From: an uncultured bacterium
GTDB taxonomy: Bacteria; Oederibacteriota; JAAXVQ01; JAUVAV01
Direction: 5' to 3'
Length of the DNA stretch: 64,000 nt
Assembly (NCBI GenBank): GCA_963710755.1
Contig: CAVQBK010000003.1
Coordinates: 821,211-885,210, forward strand
Of this stretch, positions 19,325-28,845 are shown one piece after another. Position 1 is the first letter of the stretch. Each line of letters starts with the position of its first letter. A program made the translations under genes and the position numbers. Under the pieces are notes generated by a model. The model was not told the origin of the DNA. It saw nothing but the letters and a program-made list of their open reading frames with translations, and did not search any database.

Positions 19325-21456
19325 GTGAACAGCCCTTGATTTTTTCATTGGATATCGGCACCCGCAAAGTGGCGGGGGTGGTGCTGACCAGGACGGCGGA
19401 AGGATTGAGCGTGCTGGCCGCGGATATGCTCGAGCACCCGGACCGGGCCATGCTTGACGGCCAAGTGCACAAGGTTGAAGCCGTGGCCCAAGTGGTGCGC
19501 CAGCTTAAAGCTTCCCTGGAAAAGCAACTGGGACGGCCTTTAACCACAGCTTGTGTGGCAGCTGCCGGACGGGCGCTGCTCACCGAGTCCTTCGAGAAAA
19601 AAATTAACTTTCCCTACCCAACGGAAATCACCCGACCGGAAGTACGGGCCTTGGAGCTGTCTGCAGCCCGGGGCGCTCAAGCTGCCTTACAAGCCAAAGA
19701 AAAAAACTACCAACTCCACTGCGTGGGTTATTCCACGGTGCATTACCAACTGGACGGTGAGATCATCGAGGATCTGGTTGGGCATCAGGCCAAAAGCATC
19801 AGCGCCAAAGTCATTGCCACCTTTTTGCCGCGGCAAGTGGTGGATGCGCTCCTGACGGTATTGCGTCAAGCCGGGCTGGAAGCAGAACAACTGACCTTGG
19901 AGCCTATTGCCGCTATCGAGGCCACTATTCCTCAGGATTTACGACGTATGAATCTGGCGCTGGTTGATATTGGCGCCGGCACGTCCGATATTGCCCTGAC
20001 CCGGGAAGGATCGGTGTTTGCTTATGATATGGTCACCATTGCCGGTGATGAAGTTACCGAGTACTTGAGCGATCACTATTTATTGGAGTTTCACGAAGCA
20101 GAGCGGGTAAAACGAGCGTTGCTGCTTACCGATAGTCCGACCATCAGGTTCCAAACCTTACTGGGACAGGAACAGGAGCTTGCCAAACAGGAAATGATCG
20201 CGACCTTGGAACCGGCGGTCAACCGCTTGGCCGAAGCCATTGGTCAGGGGATCTTAAAACTCAATGAGCAACCCCCTCGGGCGGTGATCATGGTAGGCGG
20301 TGGAAGCGGCACACCCAACCTGGGTCCGGCCTTGGCCCGCTTGCTGCAGGTTGACCCGCACCGCATTGGGGTGAGGGGGCCGCAAACCATTACCAGTATT
20401 AAAAATAGGCCGGCCAACATGGCAGGCATTGAATGGGTGACGCCCATGGGTATTGGCCTGATTGCCGCCCAAGACCAGGGCTTGCGCTTTAAAAAAATTA
20501 AGGTTAATGACCGCTGGGTGCAGTTATTGGCACTCCACGATCATACCACCCTATTTGATGCCTTGCTGGCCGCAGGCCACGATGCTAAACACCTAGTGGC
20601 CCGGCCGGGCCGGGCGGTGACCTACACAGTGGATGGCCAATTCATGAGTTTGCCCGGCGCACCGGGCCAGCCGGCGGAGCTCACAGTCAATGGACAGATA
20701 GCCAATTTGGACACGCCGCTGCCGGAGGATGCAGTCATTAAGGTGACAGAAGCCCAACCAGGACAGGACGCTGAACTGACCACGGCCATGATCCGCCAAC
20801 CTCAGGGCCAGAGTTTTTGTCTTATTAATCAGGTTCAAGTGCCACTGACGCTGGCCTTATTTGACCATGACCAGCCGGTGGACCACAAGCAACCTATTGC
20901 CGACCGGGCGGTCCTGCAATGGCGCAGCGCTCAATCTCTGGAAGCTTTGGTGCCGGAATTAAGGCAGCGGTTGGACCAAGAACGGCAAATGACCATCAAG
21001 ATCAACGGCCAGGAACGCAAACTAAAAGAGTCCAAAGTGACGATCATGAAAGACGGCCGGCCTTTGGAGACCAATTACCATCCCTGTCCTGGCGACCGTA
21101 TTGTCTGGCAGGTGGAAGAAGAGAAAAAAATGGTGCTGCGCGAACTGGTGGAAACCCTGCCCCAACGCCAGACCATCACCGTCACCCTTAACGGCGAACC
21201 CAAGGTGATTGATGCCGGCGGCAGCAAAATTCTCATCAACGGACAGGTGGCGGCTCATCCTGCTGTTGATCTTCAGGACCGCGATGAGGTGCGCGTGGAA
21301 CATGTTCCCGGAGCACCGCCGCTATTGTCCCAAGTGCTCGAAGGCCTGACCCCACCGCCGCAAGCGGGGCCTATTAAAATCAAGGTCAACGGCCAAGCCG
21401 CCGGATTTGCCACGCCCTTGGAAGACGGCGCTAAAATCGAAATTTCTTTTGGATAA
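19321..21456 (+). CDS. FtsA/PilM-like actin-fold ATPase with C-terminal tandem β-grasp-like repeats
   Basis: The N-terminal ~385 aa carry actin-fold phosphate motifs 'FSLDIGTRKVAGVV' and 'LALVDIGAGTSDIAL'. The C-terminal ~325 aa carry 4-5 repeats of the form 'I.(I/V).VNGQ…(I/L).(I/V)NGQ…L.D.D.V.V'. ATGA overlap with the cheC stop codon. Confidence 0.6.
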   Translation: MSEQPLIFSLDIGTRKVAGVVLTRTAEGLSVLAADMLEHPDRAMLDGQVHKVEAVAQVVRQLKASLEKQLGRPLTTACVAAAGRALLTESFEKKINFPYPTEITRPEVRALELSAARGAQAALQAKEKNYQLHCVGYSTVHYQLDGEIIEDLVGHQAKSISAKVIATFLPRQVVDALLTVLRQAGLEAEQLTLEPIAAIEATIPQDLRRMNLALVDIGAGTSDIALTREGSVFAYDMVTIAGDEVTEYLSDHYLLEFHEAERVKRALLLTDSPTIRFQTLLGQEQELAKQEMIATLEPAVNRLAEAIGQGILKLNEQPPRAVIMVGGGSGTPNLGPALARLLQVDPHRIGVRGPQTITSIKNRPANMAGIEWVTPMGIGLIAAQDQGLRFKKIKVNDRWVQLLALHDHTTLFDALLAAGHDAKHLVARPGRAVTYTVDGQFMSLPGAPGQPAELTVNGQIANLDTPLPEDAVIKVTEAQPGQDAELTTAMIRQPQGQSFCLINQVQVPLTLALFDHDQPVDHKQPIADRAVLQWRSAQSLEALVPELRQRLDQERQMTIKINGQERKLKESKVTIMKDGRPLETNYHPCPGDRIVWQVEEEKKMVLRELVETLPQRQTITVTLNGEPKVIDAGGSKILINGQVAAHPAVDLQDRDEVRVEHVPGAPPLLSQVLEGLTPPPQAGPIKIKVNGQAAGFATPLEDGAKIEISFG

Positions 21457-21462
21457 CTGTTA

Positions 21463-22557
21463 ATGACTGATGACCAATTGGCACTCATTGCCCTCAACCG
21501 GATCGAGGGTCTGGGACCCACCACTATCCATCGTTTGTGCACCCACTTTCAGAATCCCCAAGCTGTTTTCGATGCGTCTTTTACCGACTTGATCAGCCTG
21601 CCTCATGTCAATGAAAACGTGGCTAAGCGTTTGCTGCACGAAGATTGGCGGTATCAGGCCATGAGGGAGTTGGAAAAGGCCGAAGACCAACAATGTCATA
21701 TCCTGACCTGGGACCATCCCGACTATCCCAGGCTGCTTAAGGCCGTGGACTTTCCCCCGCCCGTGATCTATGTGAAAGGCCGCCTGGCGGCTGAAGATCA
21801 TCAGGCGTTGGCCTTAGTGGGTTGCCGCAAACCCACAGCCTATGGTCAGCAGGCAGCCAAATCCTTTACCAAAGCACTGGTTAAAGCGGGGTTCACCATT
21901 GTCTCCGGTTTGGCTTATGGCATTGACCGGGTGGCCCATGAAACCGCGCTGGAACAGGGCGGCCGAACCCTAGCCGTTGTAGCCCATGGGGTGGATGGCC
22001 TTTACCCACAAGCCCATCGCAGCTTACGGGATACCATCATTACCCAAGGTGCCGTTATTTCCGAATTTCCTTTGGGTACACCGGCCTTGGCGCAACATTT
22101 TCCCAGACGCAACCGCCTTATCAGTGGTCTGGCACAAGGCGTGTTGGTTATAGAAGCAGCCCAGCGCTCAGGAGCGTTGATTACCGCCAAATGGGCGGGA
22201 GAGCAAGGCCGGGAAGTGTTTGCTTTGCCGGGCCCCTATTTTTCCGCCCAATCCCAAGGTTGCCATAATCTGATTGCAGACGGGGCCAAACTGGTCACCT
22301 CTCTTAAAGATATTGTGGGAGAACTGCCGGCTGTTCCCATAGCCCCACCTCAACCATCGCCTGAGTCCGCGGAACCAGTCCCTTTAGGAGAACAGGAAGC
22401 CGCCATTGTGCATCTGCTGCAGGTCCAACCCTTACATATTGATCAACTAAGCCAACACCTGGAGTGCCCGGTACAGGACCTTTTTGCAAACCTTTTGACT
22501 TTGGAACTCAAAGGGATTATCATTGGCCGTCCGGGACAACACTACCAGCTTGCCTGA
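21463..22557 (+). CDS. dprA: DNA processing protein DprA (Smf)
   Basis: Rossmann-like DprA core 'LALVGCRKPTAYGQQAA…IVSGLAYGIDRVAHE…AVVAHGVDGLYP'. Lies upstream of topA, as in Bacillus (smf-topA). Confidence 0.85.
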   Translation: MTDDQLALIALNRIEGLGPTTIHRLCTHFQNPQAVFDASFTDLISLPHVNENVAKRLLHEDWRYQAMRELEKAEDQQCHILTWDHPDYPRLLKAVDFPPPVIYVKGRLAAEDHQALALVGCRKPTAYGQQAAKSFTKALVKAGFTIVSGLAYGIDRVAHETALEQGGRTLAVVAHGVDGLYPQAHRSLRDTIITQGAVISEFPLGTPALAQHFPRRNRLISGLAQGVLVIEAAQRSGALITAKWAGEQGREVFALPGPYFSAQSQGCHNLIADGAKLVTSLKDIVGELPAVPIAPPQPSPESAEPVPLGEQEAAIVHLLQVQPLHIDQLSQHLECPVQDLFANLLTLELKGIIIGRPGQHYQLA

Positions 22558-22587
22558 GTCTATCGTTTGTGTCGAAAGGACCAATCC

Positions 22588-23358
22588 ATGTCCATGCGGT
22601 TTGTCATGATTATACTATTGGCGGGCGTCGGCTTGCTGGCCGGGACCGTGAACAGTCATGCGCAGCTTACGGCTGGCGCCGGTATGGCTTATGAAATCAG
22701 CAAATTGTCGGTGATAGACGAAAGTGACCGCTATTTCCACACCCTGCTGCAAAGCACGTTGATCATGGCCTCGGTGACTTATGAGCAGCCGGCTTTGGCC
22801 CTGGAGCTGCAAGGCGGCTGGTCTGATTGGAATGTGAGCGGTGACTGGCAGGGCACTAATGTGGCCCAAACCAGTACGGACCTACTGGGTTGGCTGGCCC
22901 AGCAGCAAATGGCCTTAAAGGCCGTGGTTAGACCATGGTCCAATGTTTATGTTGGCGCCAGAGTGGAAGACATCCGGCAGCGTCATTACTCGGGACAGGA
23001 TGATATCACCTTTTTGACGCTTCACAGCCTGGCCTGGGAAATGCTTGCTGGCTGGGAATGGTTTCACTATAAAGGAGTTCACCTGTCTTCGGAACTGGGG
23101 TTTGCCCCGCAAGGCCGGTTATGGGTGGGCCAGAACACGCATATCCCCCTTCAGGAATTTGCCCTTCACGAGTATAGTGAGGCCGCCCGCTTTAATCGCC
23201 TGCGCGGGACTATGGCCATGATCTATGATGACAGCGAAGGCTGGAGATTAGCGCTGGCTTATACTTTGGACTACAGCCAAGCCCAGCAGCTGAACAGGCT
23301 TAAGTCGTTGTCTGTACGTCATGGCCAATTGCGGGCATTATTCTCCCTCAAGTTTTAA
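22588..23358 (+). CDS. Outer-membrane β-barrel protein (signal peptide, C-terminal Phe)
   Basis: Signal peptide 'MRFVMIILLAGVGLLAGTVNSHA', alternating amphipathic β-strand pattern, and a C-terminus '…LFSLKF' typical of BAM-dependent outer-membrane proteins. Confidence 0.5.
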   Translation: MSMRFVMIILLAGVGLLAGTVNSHAQLTAGAGMAYEISKLSVIDESDRYFHTLLQSTLIMASVTYEQPALALELQGGWSDWNVSGDWQGTNVAQTSTDLLGWLAQQQMALKAVVRPWSNVYVGARVEDIRQRHYSGQDDITFLTLHSLAWEMLAGWEWFHYKGVHLSSELGFAPQGRLWVGQNTHIPLQEFALHEYSEAARFNRLRGTMAMIYDDSEGWRLALAYTLDYSQAQQLNRLKSLSVRHGQLRALFSLKF

Positions 23359-23645
23359 TACAATTCCATTCACCCCGGGCTTGCCCCGGGACGAACCGCA
23401 GACTTATTCAGAGGAAAAACAAATGGTTATTTCCATCATTATTACTGCTTAAATAGAAAATCCTCAGGGCAAATCGCGGGAATTTTAAAACACCTCAAAA
23501 AATTGCCATCTTTGGTTAAAAAAATCATGAAAACAACCGAGCTTATTATAATGAAGCCCAATGGGCGCCCATAACCTGGCATGGCTGTTGGCAAGTGCTT
23601 TATTTTGACACGACGCTAGCCAACAGGGCCTTTCCGGCCTTTCTG

Positions 23646-23674
23646 TTGACATGAAAAGGGAGCTGTGCTTAAAT
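23646..23674 (+). promoter_or_regulatory. Candidate promoter TTGACA-N17-TTAAAT upstream of topA
   Basis: Consensus -35 at 23646-23651, 17-nt spacer, then a 4-of-6 match -10 TTAAAT. Lies ~30 nt upstream of the topA ATG. Confidence 0.3.
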
Positions 23675-23705
23675 TAGGGCCATATTTTATAGATAGGATC
23701 GTTTT

Positions 23706-26003
23706 ATGGCAAAGCATCTGGTTATTGTGGAATCCCCAGCCAAAGCGAAAACCATCAACAAGTTTCTGGGGAAAAATTATCTTGTCAAAGCCTCCATGGG
23801 CCATGTTCGTGATTTACCCAAAAGTAAACTCGGCGTGGACGTTGAAGATCACTTCAAACCTCACTATATTACCATCCGGTCCAGATCGAAAATTTTAAAA
23901 GAATTAAAACGCATGGCCAACACAGCTCAACATATATACCTGGCCGCTGACCCGGACCGGGAAGGGGAGGCCATTTCCTGGCACCTGAGCAAAGAATTGC
24001 AAACCGCCAAAAATCAGGTACACCGGGTGATGTTTAATGAAATCACTAAAAAAACGGTATTGGAAGCCATTCAAAAACCTCTGGAGATCAACCAAAATAT
24101 GGTTAATGCCCAGCAGGCTCGTCGTATTCTGGATCGTCTGGTGGGATACAGCATCTCGCCTTTATTATGGAAAAAGGTGAGAAAAGGTCTTTCCGCCGGT
24201 CGGGTGCAATCCGTCACGGTCCGGCTGGTGGTGAACCGCGAGCGTGAAATCGAGGCCTTCTTGCCCAAGGAATATTGGAAAATCGATGTGCTTCTGGAAA
24301 CCGAGGACAAGGCCTCGTTGCTGTCCCATGTTACTCACGTGGGGGAGCAGAAAATCGACATTGACAATGGAACCGACGCCCAAGCTGTGGTGGAAACACT
24401 TAACACCGCGGCCTATCGGGTGTCCCATATTGAGAAAAAAGAACAGAGACGAAAACCACCGGCGCCTTTTATCACCAGTAAATTACAACAGGAAGCTGCC
24501 AGCAAACTTCACTTTACCGCCAAAAAAACCATGATGGTGGCTCAGCAACTGTACGAAGGCTTGGAAATCGGCCAGGATGGACCGGTGGGGTTGATCACTT
24601 ATATGCGCACCGACTCCATGCGTGTTAACGAGGAAGCGCAGACTCAAGCGCGGGCCTATATCAGCGAGCACTACGGCGCGGATTTTGTGCCGGAAAAACC
24701 GCCGGTGTATAAATCCAAGAAACAAATCCAGGATGCCCATGAAGCTATTCGTCCCTCCACGCCCAGTGCGGACTATACGCCCGACAGTCTTAAACAATAC
24801 CTTAGCCACGATCAATACCGGTTGTATAAATTGATTTGGCAACGATTTTTAGCCTCCCAAATGACACCGGCCGTGTTTGATGCCACTACCGTGGACATTG
24901 AGGCTGGTCATGTTCGGCTGCGCACAACAGGGTCTATTTTGAAATTCAAGGGCTTTACCACGGTCTATATGGAAACCGCCGCCGAAGGCCAGGAGGAAGC
25001 GCAAGACAACCAGGACAGCCACCTGCCTGATCTGCAACAGGGTCAGGCGCTCTTTTTATTGGAAATTAAACCGGAACAAAAATTCACCCAACCGCCGCCG
25101 CGCTATAATGATGCCAGTCTGGTCAAGGCCTTGGAGGAAAACAATATCGGAAGGCCCAGCACCTATGCTCCTATTATCAGCACCATTCTGGACCGTGATT
25201 ATGTGGAGCGCCGGGAAGGCCGTTTCTTCCCGACCGAGCTGGGCATGATCATCAATGATCTGCTGGTGGAACATTTCCCCGATATCCTGGATGTGGAATT
25301 CACAGCCGCCATGGAGAATAACCTGGACAGCATTGAAGAAGGCCAGGCTCAGTGGGATCAAGTGCTCGCTCAATTTTACCAGTCTTTCAAGCTGGAATTG
25401 GACAAGGCCCAGGAGGAGATGAAAAATATCAAATCCAAGGTGGAAGTGGAGCTGGAGCAGCGTTGTGAAAAATGCGGCTCTCCTTTAACGGTAAAGTGGG
25501 GACGTCATGGTAAATTCATTGCCTGCACCAATTACCCTGCCTGCAAAAATACCAAACCCATGGCGGTAGATGATCAGGGCAAGATCGTGGTCAAGGAAGA
25601 AGAAACCGTGGAGGAAACCTGTGAAAAATGCGGTTCGCCACTGGTGGCTAAATACGGCCGTTTTGGCCGTTTTCTGGCCTGCAGCCGATATCCGGAATGC
25701 AAGTTTACCAAGGCCATCAATCAGGAAATCGGGGTAGCTTGCCCCAAGCCGGACTGCGGCGGTCAAATCATTGAACGACGCAGTAAAAAAGGCAGACTGT
25801 TTTATGGCTGCAGCCATTACCCCAAGTGCGACTTTGTGTCCTGGGACCGTCCTGTGCCTCAGGCCTGCCCGGTGTGCGGGCAGGCTTATGTGGTGGAAAA
25901 ATATTCCAAAAAAACAGGTAAGACTATCCAATGTCCGGCAGAGGGTTGTGATTATAAAGTGGCGCTCAATCCGGAAACTCCTTCGCAAGGACAATCGACA
26001 TGA
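23706..26003 (+). CDS. topA: DNA topoisomerase I
   Basis: TOPRIM N-terminus 'LVIVESPAKAKTI', active-site region 'GLITYMRTDS', and three C-terminal Cys4 zinc ribbons (CEKCGSPL…C..YP.C). Confidence 0.95.
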   Translation: MAKHLVIVESPAKAKTINKFLGKNYLVKASMGHVRDLPKSKLGVDVEDHFKPHYITIRSRSKILKELKRMANTAQHIYLAADPDREGEAISWHLSKELQTAKNQVHRVMFNEITKKTVLEAIQKPLEINQNMVNAQQARRILDRLVGYSISPLLWKKVRKGLSAGRVQSVTVRLVVNREREIEAFLPKEYWKIDVLLETEDKASLLSHVTHVGEQKIDIDNGTDAQAVVETLNTAAYRVSHIEKKEQRRKPPAPFITSKLQQEAASKLHFTAKKTMMVAQQLYEGLEIGQDGPVGLITYMRTDSMRVNEEAQTQARAYISEHYGADFVPEKPPVYKSKKQIQDAHEAIRPSTPSADYTPDSLKQYLSHDQYRLYKLIWQRFLASQMTPAVFDATTVDIEAGHVRLRTTGSILKFKGFTTVYMETAAEGQEEAQDNQDSHLPDLQQGQALFLLEIKPEQKFTQPPPRYNDASLVKALEENNIGRPSTYAPIISTILDRDYVERREGRFFPTELGMIINDLLVEHFPDILDVEFTAAMENNLDSIEEGQAQWDQVLAQFYQSFKLELDKAQEEMKNIKSKVEVELEQRCEKCGSPLTVKWGRHGKFIACTNYPACKNTKPMAVDDQGKIVVKEEETVEETCEKCGSPLVAKYGRFGRFLACSRYPECKFTKAINQEIGVACPKPDCGGQIIERRSKKGRLFYGCSHYPKCDFVSWDRPVPQACPVCGQAYVVEKYSKKTGKTIQCPAEGCDYKVALNPETPSQGQST

Positions 26004-27157
26004 GCGCTCTTAAACTGCCCGCGCTTCGTCCCATCGTGGAGAACATTCCCCTTCAGACCGCCAAACTGGACCGGATTTTAGCGGAGAGTCAGAGCCGGGT
26101 GGCCAGCTATCTCGATATCCGTTATCAAGACTGCCAGGAAATTATTTTCCTACTTGGCGGCAAAGCCGTTAAAGCCGGCCGCTTCAGCAGCAAGGACAAC
26201 AGCCGCATGAGCTTGAATGTCAAGGATGCCCTGCAGCGCTTGAAGCAGCAGGAAGACGGTATGATCCACTTTTATGAAATCTCCAAAGTGCTGATGGTGG
26301 TCATCCTGGGGACTTTTGTGTTCAAACCCACCCATGCTAAATTAAAAAGCAAGCTCATTGATTTTCACAGCCTGCTCGAATTGCTGGCGCGCAAGCATTT
26401 TATAGGTTATTTGGAATTGAAGACCCGTACAGGTCTTAATTATCTGACCTTTTTTAACGGCCAGGCGCGGGACGGTTACTTTGCCGATGATGTCAGTGCT
26501 TTGCAGGATAAGAAACCTGCGGAGATCATTGCCGCTTTGGTGGAACAGTCGGATGAAAAAGGTGAGATCAATGTTTTTGAATCCGTGGGGGAGGAAGAAT
26601 TGCATGACCATGGTCGCGGTGCCTCTCCTGAAGAAAGACCACAAATGCAAGGCCCGGCTGCCACTCCCTATGCTGATGTGGAAAGTACGGATCAGTACGC
26701 GGCAGAGATGGTCGACCTCTGTGTGGTGGCCATCTTTGAAGAACTCTTTCGGCTTATGGTCACAATCAGTGCCCGCCAGCTGCCGGCCACGGCCATTGAC
26801 ACCTTGTTCATGGAATGTCTTAAAAACGCCACGTTAAAGCATGCCACCTTGTTACGGGGAGCCGGCACCAAGGAGGATGGCGCTTTGTTGCCCACGGGGC
26901 TCATTAATTTTGAACGCTTGCTTAAATCCAAGGACAAATTGCCTTCCACGACCAGGGAAAAGGATTTTATGGAAGGGCTGACGGACCTGACGGCTTTTCG
27001 CCTGACGGCCATGCAACGCGAACTGGAACCATCGCTTTTCCAGCAGGGGGTGGACGAGTTGCGGTCCAAACTGACAGGCTTTCGCAAGAATTATCAAGGC
27101 AACTATGCCATTACTAAATATATCGACGCCTTGACCCGCCTATTCGACCAGTTGTAA
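26000..27157 (+). CDS. Conserved hypothetical protein (occupies the position trmFO holds in Bacillus between topA and xerC)
   Basis: 385-aa ORF with an ATGA overlap on the topA stop codon. It has no FAD/GAGLAG motif and so is not TrmFO. It contains an acidic low-complexity linker. No family assignable by eye. Confidence 0.5.
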   Translation: MSALKLPALRPIVENIPLQTAKLDRILAESQSRVASYLDIRYQDCQEIIFLLGGKAVKAGRFSSKDNSRMSLNVKDALQRLKQQEDGMIHFYEISKVLMVVILGTFVFKPTHAKLKSKLIDFHSLLELLARKHFIGYLELKTRTGLNYLTFFNGQARDGYFADDVSALQDKKPAEIIAALVEQSDEKGEINVFESVGEEELHDHGRGASPEERPQMQGPAATPYADVESTDQYAAEMVDLCVVAIFEELFRLMVTISARQLPATAIDTLFMECLKNATLKHATLLRGAGTKEDGALLPTGLINFERLLKSKDKLPSTTREKDFMEGLTDLTAFRLTAMQRELEPSLFQQGVDELRSKLTGFRKNYQGNYAITKYIDALTRLFDQL

Positions 27158-27166
27158 AATCACGCT

Positions 27167-28036
27167 ATGGCTGATACCAATCCGCATGTCACTGCTTTTC
27201 TGGACTACCTGCAAAGCGGCCGCAATGCATCTGCCCATACCTTGCGCGCTTACAAGCAGGATTTGTCTACCTTCGCCGGTTTTGCAGCAGACCAGTTTCC
27301 CCATCAGGTGACCTACAAAGTCGTGAGAGCTTATCTGGCCTGGTGCCGTGATCAACAACTGTCACGCCGCACCATCAATCGCCGTTTGGCGGCCGTGCGC
27401 GCTTTTTATGGTTATTTGAAACGGCAAGGCCTCAGGCCGGACAATCCGGGCAAGGGCGTACAATCACCGAAAGGCACGCATGAGTTACCTAAATTCATTG
27501 ATCAAGAGACCATTACCGCACTTATGCAGGCGCCCAATCAAACCGGGCGGGGCAAAAGAGACCGCGCCATTTTGGAGACCATTTATTCCACCGGCATGCG
27601 TTTGTCTGAATTGGCCGGCCTGCAGCTGCAGGATATTGATTTTACCAGCGGCTTGGTGCGGGTCATGGGTAAACGCCGCAAGGAGCGACTTGTGCCCATT
27701 GGCCGTCCGGCTATGGAAGCGTTGAAAGCCTACTTTGCCGTACAGCCTCCTCAATCGCACCAGACCTTATTTAAAAATGCCCGGGGCGGACCCTTGACAG
27801 GTCGCAGTGTGGAACGGTTGTTTGCCAAATACATTGCCCGGGTCAGCCGTACTCAGGGCCTTTCACCCCATAGCCTGCGCCATAGTTTTGCCACCCATCT
27901 GTTGGACAATGGGGCTGACTTACGGGCTGTGCAGGAGCTGCTCGGCCATGCCGGCTTGGGCACCACCCAAATTTATACTCACGTGACGCCGGAAAAATTA
28001 AAATCTGCCTACAAAAAAGCACATCCGCGTGCATAA
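27167..28036 (+). CDS. xerC: Tyrosine recombinase XerC
   Basis: Catalytic R…HxxR…Y region '…HSLRHSFATHLLDNGADLRAVQELLGHAGLGTTQIYTHV' and ~290 aa length. Sits between topA and hslV, as codV/xerC does in Bacillus. Confidence 0.9.
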   Translation: MADTNPHVTAFLDYLQSGRNASAHTLRAYKQDLSTFAGFAADQFPHQVTYKVVRAYLAWCRDQQLSRRTINRRLAAVRAFYGYLKRQGLRPDNPGKGVQSPKGTHELPKFIDQETITALMQAPNQTGRGKRDRAILETIYSTGMRLSELAGLQLQDIDFTSGLVRVMGKRRKERLVPIGRPAMEALKAYFAVQPPQSHQTLFKNARGGPLTGRSVERLFAKYIARVSRTQGLSPHSLRHSFATHLLDNGADLRAVQELLGHAGLGTTQIYTHVTPEKLKSAYKKAHPRA

Positions 28037-28305
28037 TTTCAAAAAATAGGGTACAATAACAAATCGGCCTTGGCCGGGGTCTTTTATTTTTGTGGCGATT
28101 ATTGAAGGTGAAAATTTATTTGAGGTAGGCGTTAATTTTTTGCGGAAGAAATTATTTCCAGGTACGGATACGCGTCGCTTACTTTATATATAACGAATCG
28201 GTTAAATGATAGAAGATTTCAGAGGGGTAAGGCTTACTGAGCCCCTATACACGGTCTTTAAGTGTAAAAAACATCAGAACGACTTAAGGAAAAGAAAGAA
28301 GGATA

Positions 28306-28845
28306 ATGATGGACTATACTTTTCATGCCACCACGATTGTATGTGCGCGCCGTGACGGCAAAGTGGCCATGGCCGGTGATGGGCAAGTCACCATGGGCAA
28401 TACCAAGATGAAGAAAAAAGCGGAAAAAGTCAGGCGCCTGAAGAACAACAAAGTGCTGGCCGGTTTTGCCGGTTCGGCGGCGGATGCCTTTACCTTGTTT
28501 GAAAAATTCGAAGAGAAATTGGAGCAATACCGCGGCAATTTGGTGCGCGCCGCCGTGGAATTAGCCAAAGACTGGCGCATGGACAAGATGTTGCGCCGTC
28601 TGGAAGCCCTCCTACTCATCGCCGACCAGGAAAGAACCCTGATTGTGGGTGGGTCGGGCGACGTGATCGAACCGGACGAACCGGTGGCGGCCATTGGTTC
28701 GGGCGGACCCTATGCCCTGGCAGCAGGCAAAGCCTTGTTGGAAGAGACCGACTTAACTGCCCGGGCCATAGCGGAAAAGGCTATGAACATTGCCGCTGAT
28801 ATTTGTATTTATACCAATAAGGAAATTACGGTGGAAGAATTATGA
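28306..28845 (+). CDS. hslV: ATP-dependent protease subunit HslV (ClpQ)
   Basis: 'FHATTIV…GDGQVT.GNT.MK..A.KVRRL', with a Bacillus CodW-like propeptide 'MDYTFHA' before the catalytic Thr. Confidence 0.9.
   Translation: MMDYTFHATTIVCARRDGKVAMAGDGQVTMGNTKMKKKAEKVRRLKNNKVLAGFAGSAADAFTLFEKFEEKLEQYRGNLVRAAVELAKDWRMDKMLRRLEALLLIADQERTLIVGGSGDVIEPDEPVAAIGSGGPYALAAGKALLEETDLTARAIAEKAMNIAADICIYTNKEITVEEL

Noticed and set aside
23380-23400. CCCGGG-CTTGC-CCCGGG hairpin after the OMP gene
   Set aside because: It is a 6-bp stem with no U-tract. It is not convincing as a terminator and its significance is unclear.
28050-28100. Possible terminator after xerC (GGCCTTGGCCGGGG followed by TCTTTTATTTTT)
   Set aside because: Only a ≤4-bp stem with a 2-nt loop can form. 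The T-rich run alone is insufficient.
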